A stretch of DNA of 64,000 bases from Eledone cirrhosa (Eukaryota), in contig OZ024755.1 of assembly GCA_964016885.1 (NCBI GenBank), forward strand, positions 43,710,001 through 43,774,000, in the 5' to 3' direction. Position 1 is the first letter of the stretch. Every line of letters starts with the position of its first letter. Below are positions 33,198 to 49,600 of this stretch, in pieces. A program made the position numbers and the translations under genes. The notes under the pieces are model-generated. The model was not told the DNA's origin. It saw only the letters and a list, made by a program, of their open reading frames with translations, and ran no database searches.

Positions 33198-36100
33198 ACT
33201 GTGTACCAGAGTTGAGAGTACCAACATATACTGTGTACCACAGTTGACAGTACCAACATATACTGTGTACCACAGCTGACACTACCAACATATACTGTGT
33301 ACCACAGTTGAGAGTACCAACATATACTGTGTACCACAGTTGACAGTACCAACATGTACCGTCTACCACAGTTGATAGTACCAACGTATACTGTGTACCA
33401 CAGTTGAGAGTACCAACGTATACTGTGTACCACAGTTGATTGTAGCAACGTATACTCTGTACCACAGTTGACAGTACCAACATATACTGTGTACCACAGT
33501 TGACAGTACCAACATATACTGTGTACCACTGTTGACAGTACCAACATATACTGGGTACCGCAGTTAACAGTAGCAACATATACCGTGTACCACAGTTGAG
33601 AGTACCAACATATACTGTGTACCACAGTTGACAGTACCAACATATACTGTGTACCACAGTTGACAGTACCAACATATACTGTGTACCATAGTTGACAGTG
33701 CCAACATATACTTTGTACCACAGTTGACAATACCAACATATACTGTGTACCACAGTTGACAGTACCAACGTATACTGTGTACCACTGTTGAAAGTACCAA
33801 CATATACTGTGTACCACAGTTGACAGTACCAACATATACTGTGTACCACAGTTGACAGTACCAACATATACTGTGTACCACAGTTGACAGTACCAACGTA
33901 TACTGTATACCACATTTGACAGTACCAACGTAAACTGTGTACCACAGTTGACAGTACCAACCTATACTGTGTACCACTGGTGACAGTACCAACATATACC
34001 GTGTACCACAGTTGACAGTACCAACATATACTGTATACCACTGTTGACAGTACCAACATATACTGTGTACCACAGTTGACAGTACCAACGTATACTGTGT
34101 ATATTACCACAGTTGACAGTACCGACATATACTGTGTACCACAGTTGAGAGTACCAACGTATACCGTGTACCACAGTTGACAGTACCAACATACACTGTG
34201 TACCACAGTTGAAAGTACCAACGTATACTGTGTACCACAGTTGACAATACCATCATATACTGTGTACCACAGTTGACAGTACCAACATATACTGTGTACC
34301 ACAGTTGACAGTACCAACATATACTGTGTACCACAGTTGACAATACCAACATATACTGTGTACCACAGTTGACAGTACCAACATATACTGTGTACCACAG
34401 TTGACAGTACCAACATATACTGTGTACCACAGTTGACAGTACCAACATATACTTTGTACCACAGTTGACAGTACCAACATATACTGTGTACCACAGTTAA
34501 CAGTACCAACATATACTGTGTACCACATTTGACAGTACCAACGTATACTGTGTACCACAGTTGACAGTACCATCATATACTGTGTACCACAGTTGACAGT
34601 ACCAACGTATACTGTGTACCAGAGTTGACAGTACCAACATATACTGTGTACCACAGTTGACAGTACCAACATATACTGTGTACCACAGCTGACACTACCA
34701 ACATATACTGTGTACCACAGTTGAGAGTACCAACATATACTGTGTACCACAGTTGACAGTACCAACATGTACCGTCTACCACAGTTGATAGTACCAACGT
34801 ATACTGTGTACCACAGTTGAGAGTACCAACGTATACTGTGTACCACAGTTGATTGTAGCAACGTATACTCTGTACCACAGTTGACAGTACCAACATATAC
34901 TGTGTACCACAGTTGACAGTACCAACATATACTGTGTACCACTGTTGACAGTACCAACATATACTGGGTACCGCAGTTAACAGTAGCAACATATACCGTG
35001 TACCACAGTTGAGAGTACCAACATATACTGTGTACCACAGTTGACAGTACCAACATATACTGTGTACCACAGTTGACAGTACCAACATATACTGTGTACC
35101 ATAGTTGACAGTGCCAACATATACTTTGTACCACAGTTGACAATACCAACATATACTGTGTACCACAGTTGACAGTACCAACATATACTGTGTACCACAG
35201 TTGACAGTACCAACGTATACTGTGTACAACAGTTGACAGTACCAACATATACTGTGTAACACAGTTGACAGTACCAACATATACCGTGTACCACAGTTGA
35301 CAGTACCAACGTATACTGTGTACCACTGTTGAAAGTACCAACATATACTGTGTACCACAGTTGACAGTACCAACATATACTGTGTACCACAGTTGACAGT
35401 ACCAACATATACTGTGTACCACAGTTGACAGTACCAACGTATACTGTATACCACATTTGACAGTACCAACGTAAACTGTGTACCACAGTTGACAGTACCA
35501 ACCTATACTGTGTACCACTGGTGACAGTACCAACATATACCGTGTACCACAGTTGACAGTACCAACATATACTGTATACCACTGTTGACAGTACCAACAT
35601 ATACTGTGTACCACAGTTGACAGTACCAACGTATACTGTGTATATTACCACAGTTGACAGTACCGACATATACTGTGTACCACAGTTGAGAGTACCAACG
35701 TATACCGTGTACCACAGTTGACAGTACCAACATACACTGTGTACCACAGTTGAAAGTACCAACGTATACTGTGTACCACAGTTGACAATACCATCATATA
35801 CTGTGTACCACAGTTGACAGTACCAACATATACTGTGTACCACAGTTGACAGTACTAACATATACTGTGTACCACAATTGACAGTACCAACGTATACTGT
35901 GTACCACAGTTGACAGTACTAACGTATACTGTGTACCAAAGTTGACAATACCAACATATACTGTGTATCACAGTTGACAGTACCAACATATACTGTGTAC
36001 CACAGTTGACAGTACCAACATATACTGTGTACCACAGTTGACAATACCAGCGTATACTGTGCACCACAGTTGACAGTACCAACATATACCGTGTACCACA

Positions 36101-39100
36101 GTTGAGCGTACCAACATATACTGTGTACCACAGTTGATAGTACCAACATATACTGTGTACCAAGTTGACAGTACCAACATAAACTGTATACCACAGTTGA
36201 CAGTACCAACGTATACTGTGTACCACAGTTTACAATACCAACGTATGCTGTGTACCACAGTTGATAATACCAACATATACTGTGTACCACGGTTGACAGT
36301 ACCAACATATACTGTGTAACACAGTTGACAGTTCCAACATATATGGTGTACCACTGTTGACACTACCGACATATACTGTGTAGCACATTTGACAGTACTA
36401 CCATATACTGTGTACCACAGTTGCGAGTACCAACATATACTGGGTACCACTGTTGATAGTACCAACATATACTGTGTACCACAGTTGACAGTATCAACAT
36501 ATATTGTGTACCATTATTGACAGTACCAACATATACTGTGTACCACAGTTGACAATACCAACATATACTGTGTACCACAGTTGACAGTACCAACATATAC
36601 TGTGTACCACAGTTGACAGTACCAACATACACTGTGTGCCATAGTTGACAGTATCAACGTATATGTGTACCACTGTTGACAGTACAAACATATGCTGTGT
36701 ACCACAGTTGACAGTACCAACATATACTGTGTACCGCAGTTGACAGTACCAACATATCCTGTGTACCTCAGTTGACAGTACCAACATATACTGTGTACCA
36801 CAGTTGACAGTACCAACATATACTGTGTACCACAGGTGACAGTACCAACGTATACTGTGTACCACAGTTGACAGTACCAACATATACTGTGTACCACAGT
36901 TGACAGTACCAACATATACTGTGTACCACAGTTGACAGTGCTAACATATACCGTGTACCACAGTTGACAGTACCAACATATACTGTGTAGCACAATTGAC
37001 AGTACCCACATATACTGTGTACCATAGTTGACAGTACCCACGTATACTGTGTACCACAGTTGACAGTACCAACATATAATATGTACCAAAGTTGTAAGTA
37101 CCAACGTATACTTTGTACCACTGTTGACAGTACCAACATATACTGTGTACCACATTTGACAATACAAACATATACTGTGTACTACATTTGAGAGTACCAA
37201 CATATACTGTTTACCACATTTGACAGTACCAACATATACTGTGTGGCACAGTTGACAGTACCCACATATACTGGATACCCCAGTTGATAGTACCAACGTA
37301 TACTGTGTACCACATTTGACAGTTCCCACATATACAGGGTACAACAGTTGACAATACCATCATATACTGTGTACCACAGTTGATAGTACCAACATATACT
37401 GTGTACCACAGTTGACAGTACCAACGTATACTGTGTTCCACAGTTGACAGTACCAACATATACTGTGTACCATAGTTGACAGTGTCAACGTATCTGTGTA
37501 CCACAGTTGACATTACTAACATATGCTGTGTACCACAGTTGACAGTACCAACATATACTGTGTACCACAGTTGACAGTACCAACATATACTGTGTACCAC
37601 AGTTGACTGTACCAACATATACTTTGTACCACAGTTAACAGTACTAACATATACCGTGTACCACAGTTGACAATACCAACATATACTGTGTGCCACAGTT
37701 GACAGTACCAACATATACTGTGTACCACAGTTGACAGTACCAACGTATACTGTGTACCACAGTTGACAGTACAAACATATACTGTGTAACACAGTTGACA
37801 GTACCAACATATACCGTGTACCACAGTTGACAGTACCAACGTATACTGTGTACCACAGTTGAAAGTACCAGCATATACTGTGTACCACAGTTGACAGTAC
37901 CAACATATACTGTGTACCACAGTTGACAGTACCAACATATACTGTGTACCACAGTTGACAGTATTAACGTATACTGTATACCACATTTGACAGTACCAAC
38001 GTAAACTGTGTACCACAGTTGACAGTACCAACCTATACTGTGTACTACTGGTGACAGTACCAACATATACCTTGTACCACAGTTGACAGTACCAACATAT
38101 ACTGTATACCACTGTTGACAGTACCAACATATACTGTGTACCACAGTTGACAGTACCAACGTATACTGTGTATATTACCACAGTTGACAGTACCGACATA
38201 TACTGTGTCCCACAGTTGACAGTACCAACATATACTGTGTACCACTGTTGACAGTACCAACATATACTGGGTACCGCAGTTAACAGTAGCAACATATACC
38301 GTGTACCACAGTTGAGAGTACCAACATATACTGTGTACCACAGTTGACAGTACCAACATATACTGTGTACCACAGTTGACAGTACCAACATATATGGGTA
38401 CCATAGTTGACAGTGCCAACATATACCTTGTACCACAGTTGACAATACCAACATATACTGTGTACCACAGTTGACAGTACCAACATATACTGTGTACCAC
38501 AGTTGACAGTACCAACGTATACTGTGTACCACAGTTGACAGTACCAACATATACTGTGTAACACAGTTGACAGTACCAACATATACCGTGTACCACAGTT
38601 GACAGTACCAACGTATACTGTGTACCACTGTTGAAAGTACCAACATATACTGTGTACCACAGTTGACAGTACCAACATATACTGTGTACCACAGTTGACA
38701 GTACCAACATATACTGTGTACCACAGTTGACAGTACCAACGTATACTGTATACCACATTTGACAGTACCAACGTAAACTGTGTACCACAGTTGACAGTAC
38801 CAACCTATACTGTGTACCACTGGTGACAGTACCAACATATACCGTGTACCACAGTTGACAGTACCAACATATACTGTATACCACTGTTGACAGTACCAAC
38901 ATATACTGTGTACCACAGTTGACAGTACCAACGTATACTGTGTATATTACCACAGTTGACAGTACCGACATATACTGTGTACCACAGTTGAGAGTACCAA
39001 CGTATACCGTGTACCACAGTTGACAGTACCAACATACACTGTGTACCACAGTTGAAAGTACCAGCGTATACTGTGTACCACAGTTGACAATACCATCATA

Positions 39101-42100
39101 TACTGTGTACCACAGTTGACAGTACCAACATATACTGTGTAACACAGTTGACAGTACTAACATATACTGTGTACCACAATTGACAGTACCAACGTATACT
39201 GTGTACCACAGTTGACAGTACTAACGTATACTGTGTACCAAAGTTGGCAATACCAACATATACTGTGTATCACAGTTGACAGTACCAACATATACTGTGT
39301 ACCACAGTTGACAGTACCAACATATACTGTGTACCACAGTTGACAATACCAGCGTATACTGTGCACCACAGTTGACAGTACCAACATATACCGTGTACCA
39401 CAGTTGAGCGTACCAACATATACTGTGTACCACAGTTGATAGTACCAACATATACTGTGTACCAAGTTGACAGTACCAACATATACTGTATACCACAGTT
39501 GACAGTTCCAACGTATACTGTGTACCACAGTTGACAATACCAACGTATGCTGTGTACCACAGTTGACAATACCAACATATACTGTGTACCACGGTTGACA
39601 GTACCAACATATACTGTGTACCACAGTTGACAGTTCCAACATATATGGTGTACCACTGTTGACACTACCGACATATACTGTGTAGCACATTTGACAGTAC
39701 TACCATATACTGTGTACCACAGTTGCGAGTACCAACATATACTGGGTACCACTGTTGATAGTACCAACATATACTGTGTACCACAGTTGACAGTATCAAC
39801 ATATATTGTGTACCATTATTGACAGTACCAACATATACTGTGTACCACAGTTGACAATACCAACATATACTGTGTACCTCAGTTGACAGTACCAACATAT
39901 ACTGTGTACCACAGTTGACAGTACCAACATATACTGTGTGCCATAGTTGACAGTATCAACGTATATGTGTACCACTGTTGACAGTACTAACATATGCTGT
40001 GTACCACAGTTGACAGTACCAACATATACTGTGTACCGCAGTTGACAGTACCAACATATCCTGTGTACCTCAGTTGACAGTACCAACATATACTGTGTAC
40101 CACATTTGACAGTACCGACATATACTGTGTACCACAGGTGACAGTACCAACGTATACTGTGTACCACAGTTGACAGTACCAACATATACTGTGTACCACA
40201 GTTGACAGTACCAACATATACTGTGTACCACAGTTGACAGTGCTAACATATACCGTGTACCACAGTTGACAGTACCAACATATACTGTGTAGCACAATTG
40301 ACAGTACCCACATATACTGTGTACCATAGTTGACAGTACCCACGTATACTGTGTACCACAGTTGACAGTACCAACATATAATATGTACCAAAGTTGTAAG
40401 TACCAACGTATACTTTGTACCACTGTTGACAGTACCAACATATACTGTGTACCACATTTGACAGTACAAACATATACTGTGTGGCACAGTTGACAGTACC
40501 CACATATACTGGATACCCCAGTTGATAGCACCAACGTATACTGTGTACCACATTTGACAGTTCCCACATATACAGGGTACAAGAGTTGACAATACCATCA
40601 TATACTGTGTACCACAGTTGATAGTATCAACATATACTGTGTACCACAGTTGACAGTACCAACGTATACTGTGTTCCACAGTTGACAGTACCAACATATA
40701 CTGTGTAACACAGTTGACAGTACCAACATATACCGTGTACCACAGTTGACAGTACCAACGTATACTGTGTACCACTGTTGAAAGTACCAACATATACTGT
40801 GTACCACAATTGACAATACCAACATATACTGTGTACCACAGTTGACAGTACCAACATATACTGTGTACCACAGTTGACAGTACCAACGTATACTGTATAC
40901 CACATTTGACAGTACCAACGTAAACTGTGTACCACAGTTGACAGTACCAACCTATACTGTGTACCACTGGTGACAGTACCAACATATACCGTGTACCACA
41001 GTTGACAGTACCAACATATACTGTATACCACTGTTGACAGTACCAACATATACTGTGTACCACAGTTGACAGTACCAACGTATACTGTGTATATTACCAC
41101 AGTTGACAGTACCGACATATACTGTGTACCACAGTTGAGAGTACCAACGTATACCGTGTACCACAGTTGACAGTACCAACATACACTGTGTACCACAGTT
41201 GAAAGTACCAACGTATACTGTGTACCACAGTTGACAATACCATCATATACTGTGTACCACAGTTGACAGTACCAACATATACTGTGTACCACAGTTGACA
41301 GTACTAACATATACTGTGTAACACAATTGACAGTACCAACGTATACTGTGTACCACAGTTGACAGTACTAACGTATACTGTGTACCAAAGTTGACAATAC
41401 CAACATATACTGTGTATCACAGTTGACAGTACCAACATATACTGTGTACCACAGTTGACAGTACCAACATATACTGTGTACCACAGTTGACAATACCAGC
41501 GTATACTGTGCACCACAGTTGACAGTACCAACATATACCGTGTACCACAGTTGAGCGTACCAACATATACTGTGTTCCACAGTTGATAGTACCAACATAT
41601 ACTGTGTACCAAGTTGACAGTACCAACATAAACTGTATACCACAGTTGACAGTACCAACGTATACTGTGTACCACAGTTGACAATACCAACGTATGCTGT
41701 GTACCACAGTTGACAATACCAACATATACTGTGTACCACGGTTGACAGTAACAACATATACTGTGTACCACAGTTGACAGTTCCAACATATATGGTGTAC
41801 CACTGTTGACACTACCGACATATACTGTGTAGCACATTTGACAGTACTACCATATACTGTGTACCACAGTTGCGAGTACCAACATATACTGGGTACCACT
41901 GTTGATAGTACCAACATATACTGTGTACCACAGTTGACAGTATCAACATATATTGTGTACCATTATTGACAGTACCAACATATACTGTGTACCACAGTTG
42001 ACAATACCAACATATACTGTGTACCACAGTTGACAGTACCAACATATACTGTGTACCACAGTTGACAGTACCAACATACACTGTGTGCCATAGTTGACAG

Positions 42101-45100
42101 TATCAACGTATATGTGTACCACTGTTGACAGTACTAACATATGCTGTGTACCACAGTTGACAGTACCAACATATACTGTGTACCGCAGTTGACAGTACCA
42201 ACATATCCTGTGTACCTCAGTTGACAGTACCAACATATACTGTGTACCACAGTTGACAGTACCAACATATACTGTGTACCACAGGTGACAGTACCAACGT
42301 ATACTGTGTACCACAGTTGACAGTACCAACATATACTATGTACCACAGTTGACAGTACCAACATATACTGTGTACCACAGTTGACAGTGCTAACATATAC
42401 CGTGTACCACAGTTGACAGTACCAACATATACTGTGTAGCACAATTGACAGTACCCACATATACTGTGTACCATAGTTGACAGTACCCACGTATACTGTG
42501 TACCACAGTTGACAGTACCAAAGTTGTAAGTACCAACGTATACTTTGTACCACTGTTGACAGTACCAACATATACTGTGTACCACATTTGACAGTACAAA
42601 CATATACTGTGTACTACATTTGAGAGTACCAACATATACTGTTTACCACATTTGACAGTACCAACATATACTGTGTGGCACAGTTGACAGTACCCACATA
42701 TACTGGATACCCCAGTTGATAGTACCAACGTATACTGTGTACCACATTTGACAGTTCCCACATATACAGAGTACAAAAGTTGACAATACCATCATATACT
42801 GTGTACCACAGTTGATAGTACCAACATATACTGTGTACCACAGTTGACAGTACCAACGTATACTGTGTTCCACAGTTGACAGTACCAACATATACTGTGT
42901 ACCATAGTTGACAGTGTCAACGTATCTGTGTACCACAGTTGACATTACTAACATATGCTGTGTACCACAGTTGACAGTACCAACATATACTGTGTACCAC
43001 AGTTGACAGTACCAACATATACTGTGTACCACAGTTGACTGTACCAACATATACTTTGTACCACAGTTAACAGTACTAACATATACCGTGTACCACAGTT
43101 GACAATACCAACATATACTGTGTGCCACAGTTGACAGTACCAACATATACTGTGTACCACAGTTGACAGTACCAACGTATACTGTGTACCACAGTTGACA
43201 GTACCAACATATACTGTGTAACACAGTTGACAGTACCAACATATACCGTGTACCACAGTTGACAGTACCAACGTATACTGTGTACCACAGTTGAAAGTAC
43301 CAGCATATACTGTGTACAACAGTTGACAGTACCAACATATACTGTGTACCACAGTTGACAGTACCAACATATACTGTGTACCACAGTTGACAGTATTAAC
43401 GTATACTGTATACCACATTTGACAGTACCAACGTAAACTGTGTACCACAGTTGACAGTACCAACCTATACTGTGTACTACTGGTGACAGTACCAACATAT
43501 ACCTTGTACCACAGTTGACAGTACCAACATATACTGTATACCACTGTTGACAGTACCAACATATACTGTGTACCACAGTTGACAGTACCAACGTATACTG
43601 TGTATATTACCACAGTTGACAGTACCGACATATACTGTGTCCCACAGTTGACAGTACCAACATATACTGTGTACCACTGTTGACAGTACCAACATATACT
43701 GGGTACCGCAGTTAACAGTAGCAACATATACCGTGTACCACAGTTGAGAGTACCAACATATACTGTGTACCACAGTTGACAGTACCAACATATACTGTGT
43801 ACCACAGTTGACAGTACCAACATATACTGTGTACCATAGTTGACAGTGCCAACATATACCTTGTACCACAGTTGACAATACCAACATATACTGTGTACCA
43901 CAGTTGACAGTACCAACATATACTGTGTACCACAGTTGACAGTACCAACGTATACTGTGTACCACAGTTGACAGTACCAACATATACTGTGTACCACAGT
44001 TGACAGTACCAACATATACTGTGTACCACAGTTGACAGTACCAACGTATACTGTATACCACATTTGACAGTACCAACGTAAACTGTGTACCACAGTTGAC
44101 AGTACCAACCTATACTGTGTACCACTGGTGACAGTACCAACATATACCGTGTACCACAGTTGACAGTACCAACATATACTGTATACCACTGTTGACAGTA
44201 CCAACATATACTGTGTACCACAGTTGACAGTACCAACGTATACTGTGTATATTACCACAGTTGACAGTACCGACATATACTGTGTACCACAGTTGAGAGT
44301 ACCAACGTATACCGTGTACCACAGTTGACAGTACCAACATACACTGTGTACCACAGTTGAAAGTACCAACGTATACTGTGTACCACAGTTGACAATACCA
44401 TCATATACTGTGTACCAAGGTTGACAGTACCAACATATACTGTGTAACACAGTTGACAGTACTAACATATACTGTGTACCACAATTGACAGTACCAACGT
44501 ATACTGTGTACCACAGTTGACAGTACTAACGTATACTGTGTACCAAAGTTGACAATACCAACATATACTGTGTATCACAGTTGACAGTACCAACATATAC
44601 TGTGTACCACAGTTGACAGTACCAACATATACTGTGTACCACAGTTGACAATACCAGCGTATACTGTGCACCACAGTTGACAGTACCAACATATACCGTG
44701 TACCACAGTTGACCGTACCAACATATACTGTGTACCACACTTGATAGTACCAACATATACTGTGTACCAAGTTGACAGTACCAACATATACTGTATACCA
44801 CAGTTGACAGTACCAACGTATACTGTGTACCACAGTTGACAATACCAACGTATGCTGTGTACCACAGTTGACAATACCAACATATACTGTGTACCACGGT
44901 TGACAGTACAAACATATACTGTGTACCACAGTTGACAGTTCCAACATATATGGTGTACCACTGTTGACACTACCGACATATACTGTGTAGCACATTTGAC
45001 AGTACTACCATATACTGTGTACCACAGTTGCGAGTACCAACATATATTGGGTACCACTGTTGATAGTACCAACATATACTGTGTACCACAGTTGACAGTA

Positions 45101-46620
45101 TCAACATATATTGTGTACCATTATTGACAGTACCAACATATACTGTGTACCACAGTTGACAATACCAACATATACTGTGTACCACAGTTGACAGTACCAA
45201 CATATACTGTGTACCACAGTTGACAGTACCAACATATACTGTGTGCCATAGTTGACAGTATCAACGTATATGTGTACCACTGTTGACAGTACTAACATAT
45301 GCTGTGTACCACAGTTGACAGTACCAACATATACTGTGTACCGCAGTTGACAGTACCAACATATCCTGTGTACCTCAGTTGACAGTACCAACATATACTG
45401 TGTACCACAGTTGACAGTACCAACATATACTGTGTACCACAGGTGACAGTACCAACGTATACTGTGTACCACAGTTGACAGTGCTAACATATACCGTGTA
45501 CCACAGTTGACAGTACCAACATATACTGTGTAGCACAATTGACAGTACCCACATATACTGTGTACCATAGTTGACAGTACCCACGTATACTGTGTACCAC
45601 AGTTGACAGTACCAACATATAATATGTACCAAATTTGTAAGTACCAACGTATACTTTGTACCACAGTTGACAGTACCAACGTATACTGTGTATATCACCA
45701 CAGTTGACAGTACCAACATATACTGTGTACAGCAGTTAACAGTAGCAACATATACCGTGTACCACAGTTGAGAGTACCAACATATACTGTGTACCAGAGT
45801 TGACAGTACCAACATATACTGTGTACCACAGTTGACAGTACCAACATATACTGTGTACCATAGTTGACAGTGCCAACATATACAGTGTACCACAGTTGAC
45901 AATACCAACATATATTGTGTACCACAGTTGACAGTACCAACATATATGGTGTACCACTGTTGACACTACCGACATATACTGTGTAGCACAGTTGACAGTA
46001 CTAACATATACTGTGTACCACAGTTGAGAGTACCAACATATACTGGGTACCACTTTTGACAGTACCAACATATACTGTGTACCACAGTTGACAGTATCAA
46101 CATATACTGTGTACCACTGTTGACAGTACCAACATATACTGTGTACCACATATGACTACCAACGTATACTGTGTACCACAGTTGACACTACCAACATATA
46201 CTGTGTACCACAGTTGACAGTACCAACATATACTGTGTACCTCAGTTGACATTACCAACATATACTGTGTACCACAGTTGACAATACCAACATATACTGT
46301 CTACCACAGTTGACAGTACCAACATATACTGTGTACCACAGTTGACAGTACCAACGTATACTGTGTACCACAGTTGACAGTACCATCATATACTGTGTAC
46401 CACAGTTGACAGTACCAACGTATACTGTGTACCAGAGTTGACAGTACCAACATATAATGTGTACCACAGTTGACAGTACCAACATATACTGTGTACCACA
46501 GCTGACACTACCAACATATACTGTGTACCACAGTTGACAGTACCAACGTATACTGTGTACCACTGTTGACAGTACCAACATATACTGTGTACCACAGTTG
46601 ACAGTACCAACATATACTGT
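33198..46620. repeat. ~16.8-kb macro-repeat, copy 2, with a ~3.2-kb internal deletion near 45,660
   Basis: Colinear with copy 1 up to ~45,660 (equivalent to ~28,865). It then jumps to the equivalent of ~32,050 (TATAT insert at 45691 vs 32081, offset 13,610; CACTTTTGAC at 46051 vs ~32537). Confidence 0.82.
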
Positions 46621-49600
46621 GTACCACAGTTGACAGTACCAACATATACTTTGTACCACAGTTGACAGTACCAACATATACTGTGTACCACAGTTAACAG
46701 TACCAACATATACTGTGTACCACATTTGACAGTACCAACGTATACTGTGTACCACAGTTGACAGTACCATCATATACTGTGTACCACAGTTGACAGTACC
46801 AACGTATACTGTGTACCAGAGTTGACAGTACCAACATATACTGTGTACCACAGCTGACACTACCAACATATACTGTGTACCACAGCTGACAGTACCAACG
46901 TATATTGTGTACCACTATTGACAGTACCAACATATACTGTGTACCACAGTTGACAGTACCAACATATACAGTGTACCACAGTTGACAGTACCAACATATA
47001 CTGTGTACCACAATTGACAGTACCAACATATACTGTGTACCAAAGGTGACAGTACCCACATGTACCGTCTACCACAGTTGATAGTACCAACGTATACTGT
47101 GTACCACAGTTGAGAGTACCAACGTATACTGTGTACCACAGTTGATTGTAGCAACGTATACTCTGTACCACAGTTGACAGTACCAACATATACTGTGTAC
47201 CATAGTTGACAGTACCAACATATACTGTGTACCACTGTTGACAGTACCATCATATACCATGTACCACAGTTGACAGTACCAACGTATACTGTGTACCAGA
47301 GTTGACAGTACCAACATATAATGTGTACCACAGTTGACAGTACCAACATATACTGTGTACCACAGCTGACACTACCAACATATACTGTGTACCACAGTTG
47401 ACAGTACCAACGTATACTGTGTACCACTGTTGACAGTACCAACATATACTGTGTACCACAGTTGACAGTACCAACATATACAGTGTACCTCAGTTGACAG
47501 TACCAACATATACTGTGTACCACAGTTGACAGTACCAACATGTACCGTGTACCACAGTTGATAGTACCAACGTATACTGTGTACCACAGTTGAGAGTACC
47601 AACGTATACTGTGTACCACAGTTGATAGTACCAACATATACTGTGTACCACAGTTGACAATACCAACATATACTGTGTACCACAGTTGACAGTACCAACA
47701 TATACTGTGTACCACAGTTGACAGTACCAACATATACTGTGTACCTCAGTTGACAGTACCAACATATACTGTGTACCACAGTTGACAGTACCAACATGTA
47801 CCGTGTACCACAGTTGATAGTACCAACGTATACTGTGTACCACAGTTGAGAGTACCAACGTATACTGTGTACCACAGTTGACAGTACCAATATATACTTT
47901 GTACCACAGTTGACAGTACCAACATATACTGTGTACCACAGTTGACAGTACCAACATATACTGTGTACCACTGTTGACAGTACCAACATATACTGTGTAC
48001 CACTGTTGACTACCAACATATACCGTGTACCACAGTTCACAGTACCAACGTATACTGTGTATGTTACCACAGTTGACAGTACCAACATATACTGTGTACC
48101 ACAGTTGACAGTACCAACATATACTGTGTACCACTGTTGACTACCAACATATACCATGTACCACAGTTCACAGTACCAACGTATACTGTGTATGTTACCA
48201 CAGTTGACAGTACCAACATATACTGTGTACCACAGTTGAGAGTACCAATATATACTGGTACCACTGTTGACAGTACCAACATATATGGTGTACCACTGTT
48301 GACACTACCGACATATACTGCGTAACACAATTGACAGTACCAACATATACTGTGTACCACAGTTGACAGTACCAACATATACTGTGTACCACAGTTGACA
48401 GTACCAACATATATAGTGTACCACAGCTGACACTACCAACATATACTGTGTACCTCAGTTGACAGTACTAACATATACTGTGTACCACAGTTGACAGTAC
48501 CAACGTATACTGTGTACCACAGTTGACAGTACCAATGTATACTGTGTACCACAGTTGACAGTACCAACATATACTGTGTACCACAATTGACAGTACCAAC
48601 ATATACTGTGTACCACAGTTGACAGTACCAACATATGTGTACCACAGTTAACAGTACCAACATATACTGTGAACCACAGTTGACAGTACCAACATATACT
48701 GTGTACCACAGTTGACAGTACCAACATATACTGTGTGCCTCAGTTGACAGTACCAACATATACTGTGTACCACAGTTGACAATACCAACATATACTGTGT
48801 ACCACAGTTGACAGTACCAACATATACTGTGTACCACAGTTGACAGTACCAACATATACTGTGTACCACAGTTGACAGTACCAACATATACTTTGTACCA
48901 CAGTTGACAGTACCAACATATACTGTGTACCACAGTTAACAGTACCAACATATACTGTGTACCACATTTGACAGTACCAACGTATACTGTGTACCACAGT
49001 TGACAGTACCATCATATACTGTGTACCAGAGTCGACAGTACCAACGTATACTATGTACCAGAGTTGACAGTACCAACATATACTGTGTACCACAGTTGAC
49101 AGTACCAACATATACTGTGTACCACAGCTGACACTACCAACTTATACTGTGTACCACAGTTGACAGTACCAACGTATATTGTGTACCACTATTGACAGTA
49201 CCAACATATACTGTGTACCGCAGTTGACAGTACCAACATATACAGTGTATCACAGTTGACAGTACCAACATATACTGTGTACCACAGTTGACAGTACCAA
49301 CATATACTGTGTACCACAGTTGACAGTACCAACATGTACCGTCTACCACAGTTGATAGTACCAACGTATACTGTGTACCACAGTTGAGAGTACCAACGTA
49401 TACTCTGTACCACAGTTGACAGTACCAACATATACTGTGTACCACAGTTGATAGTACCAACATATACTGTGTACCAGTGTTGACAGTACCAACATATACC
49501 ATGTACCACAGTTGACAGTACCAACATATACTGTTTACCACTGTTGACAGTACCAACATATACCGTGTCCCACAGTTCACAGTACCAACGTATACTGTGT

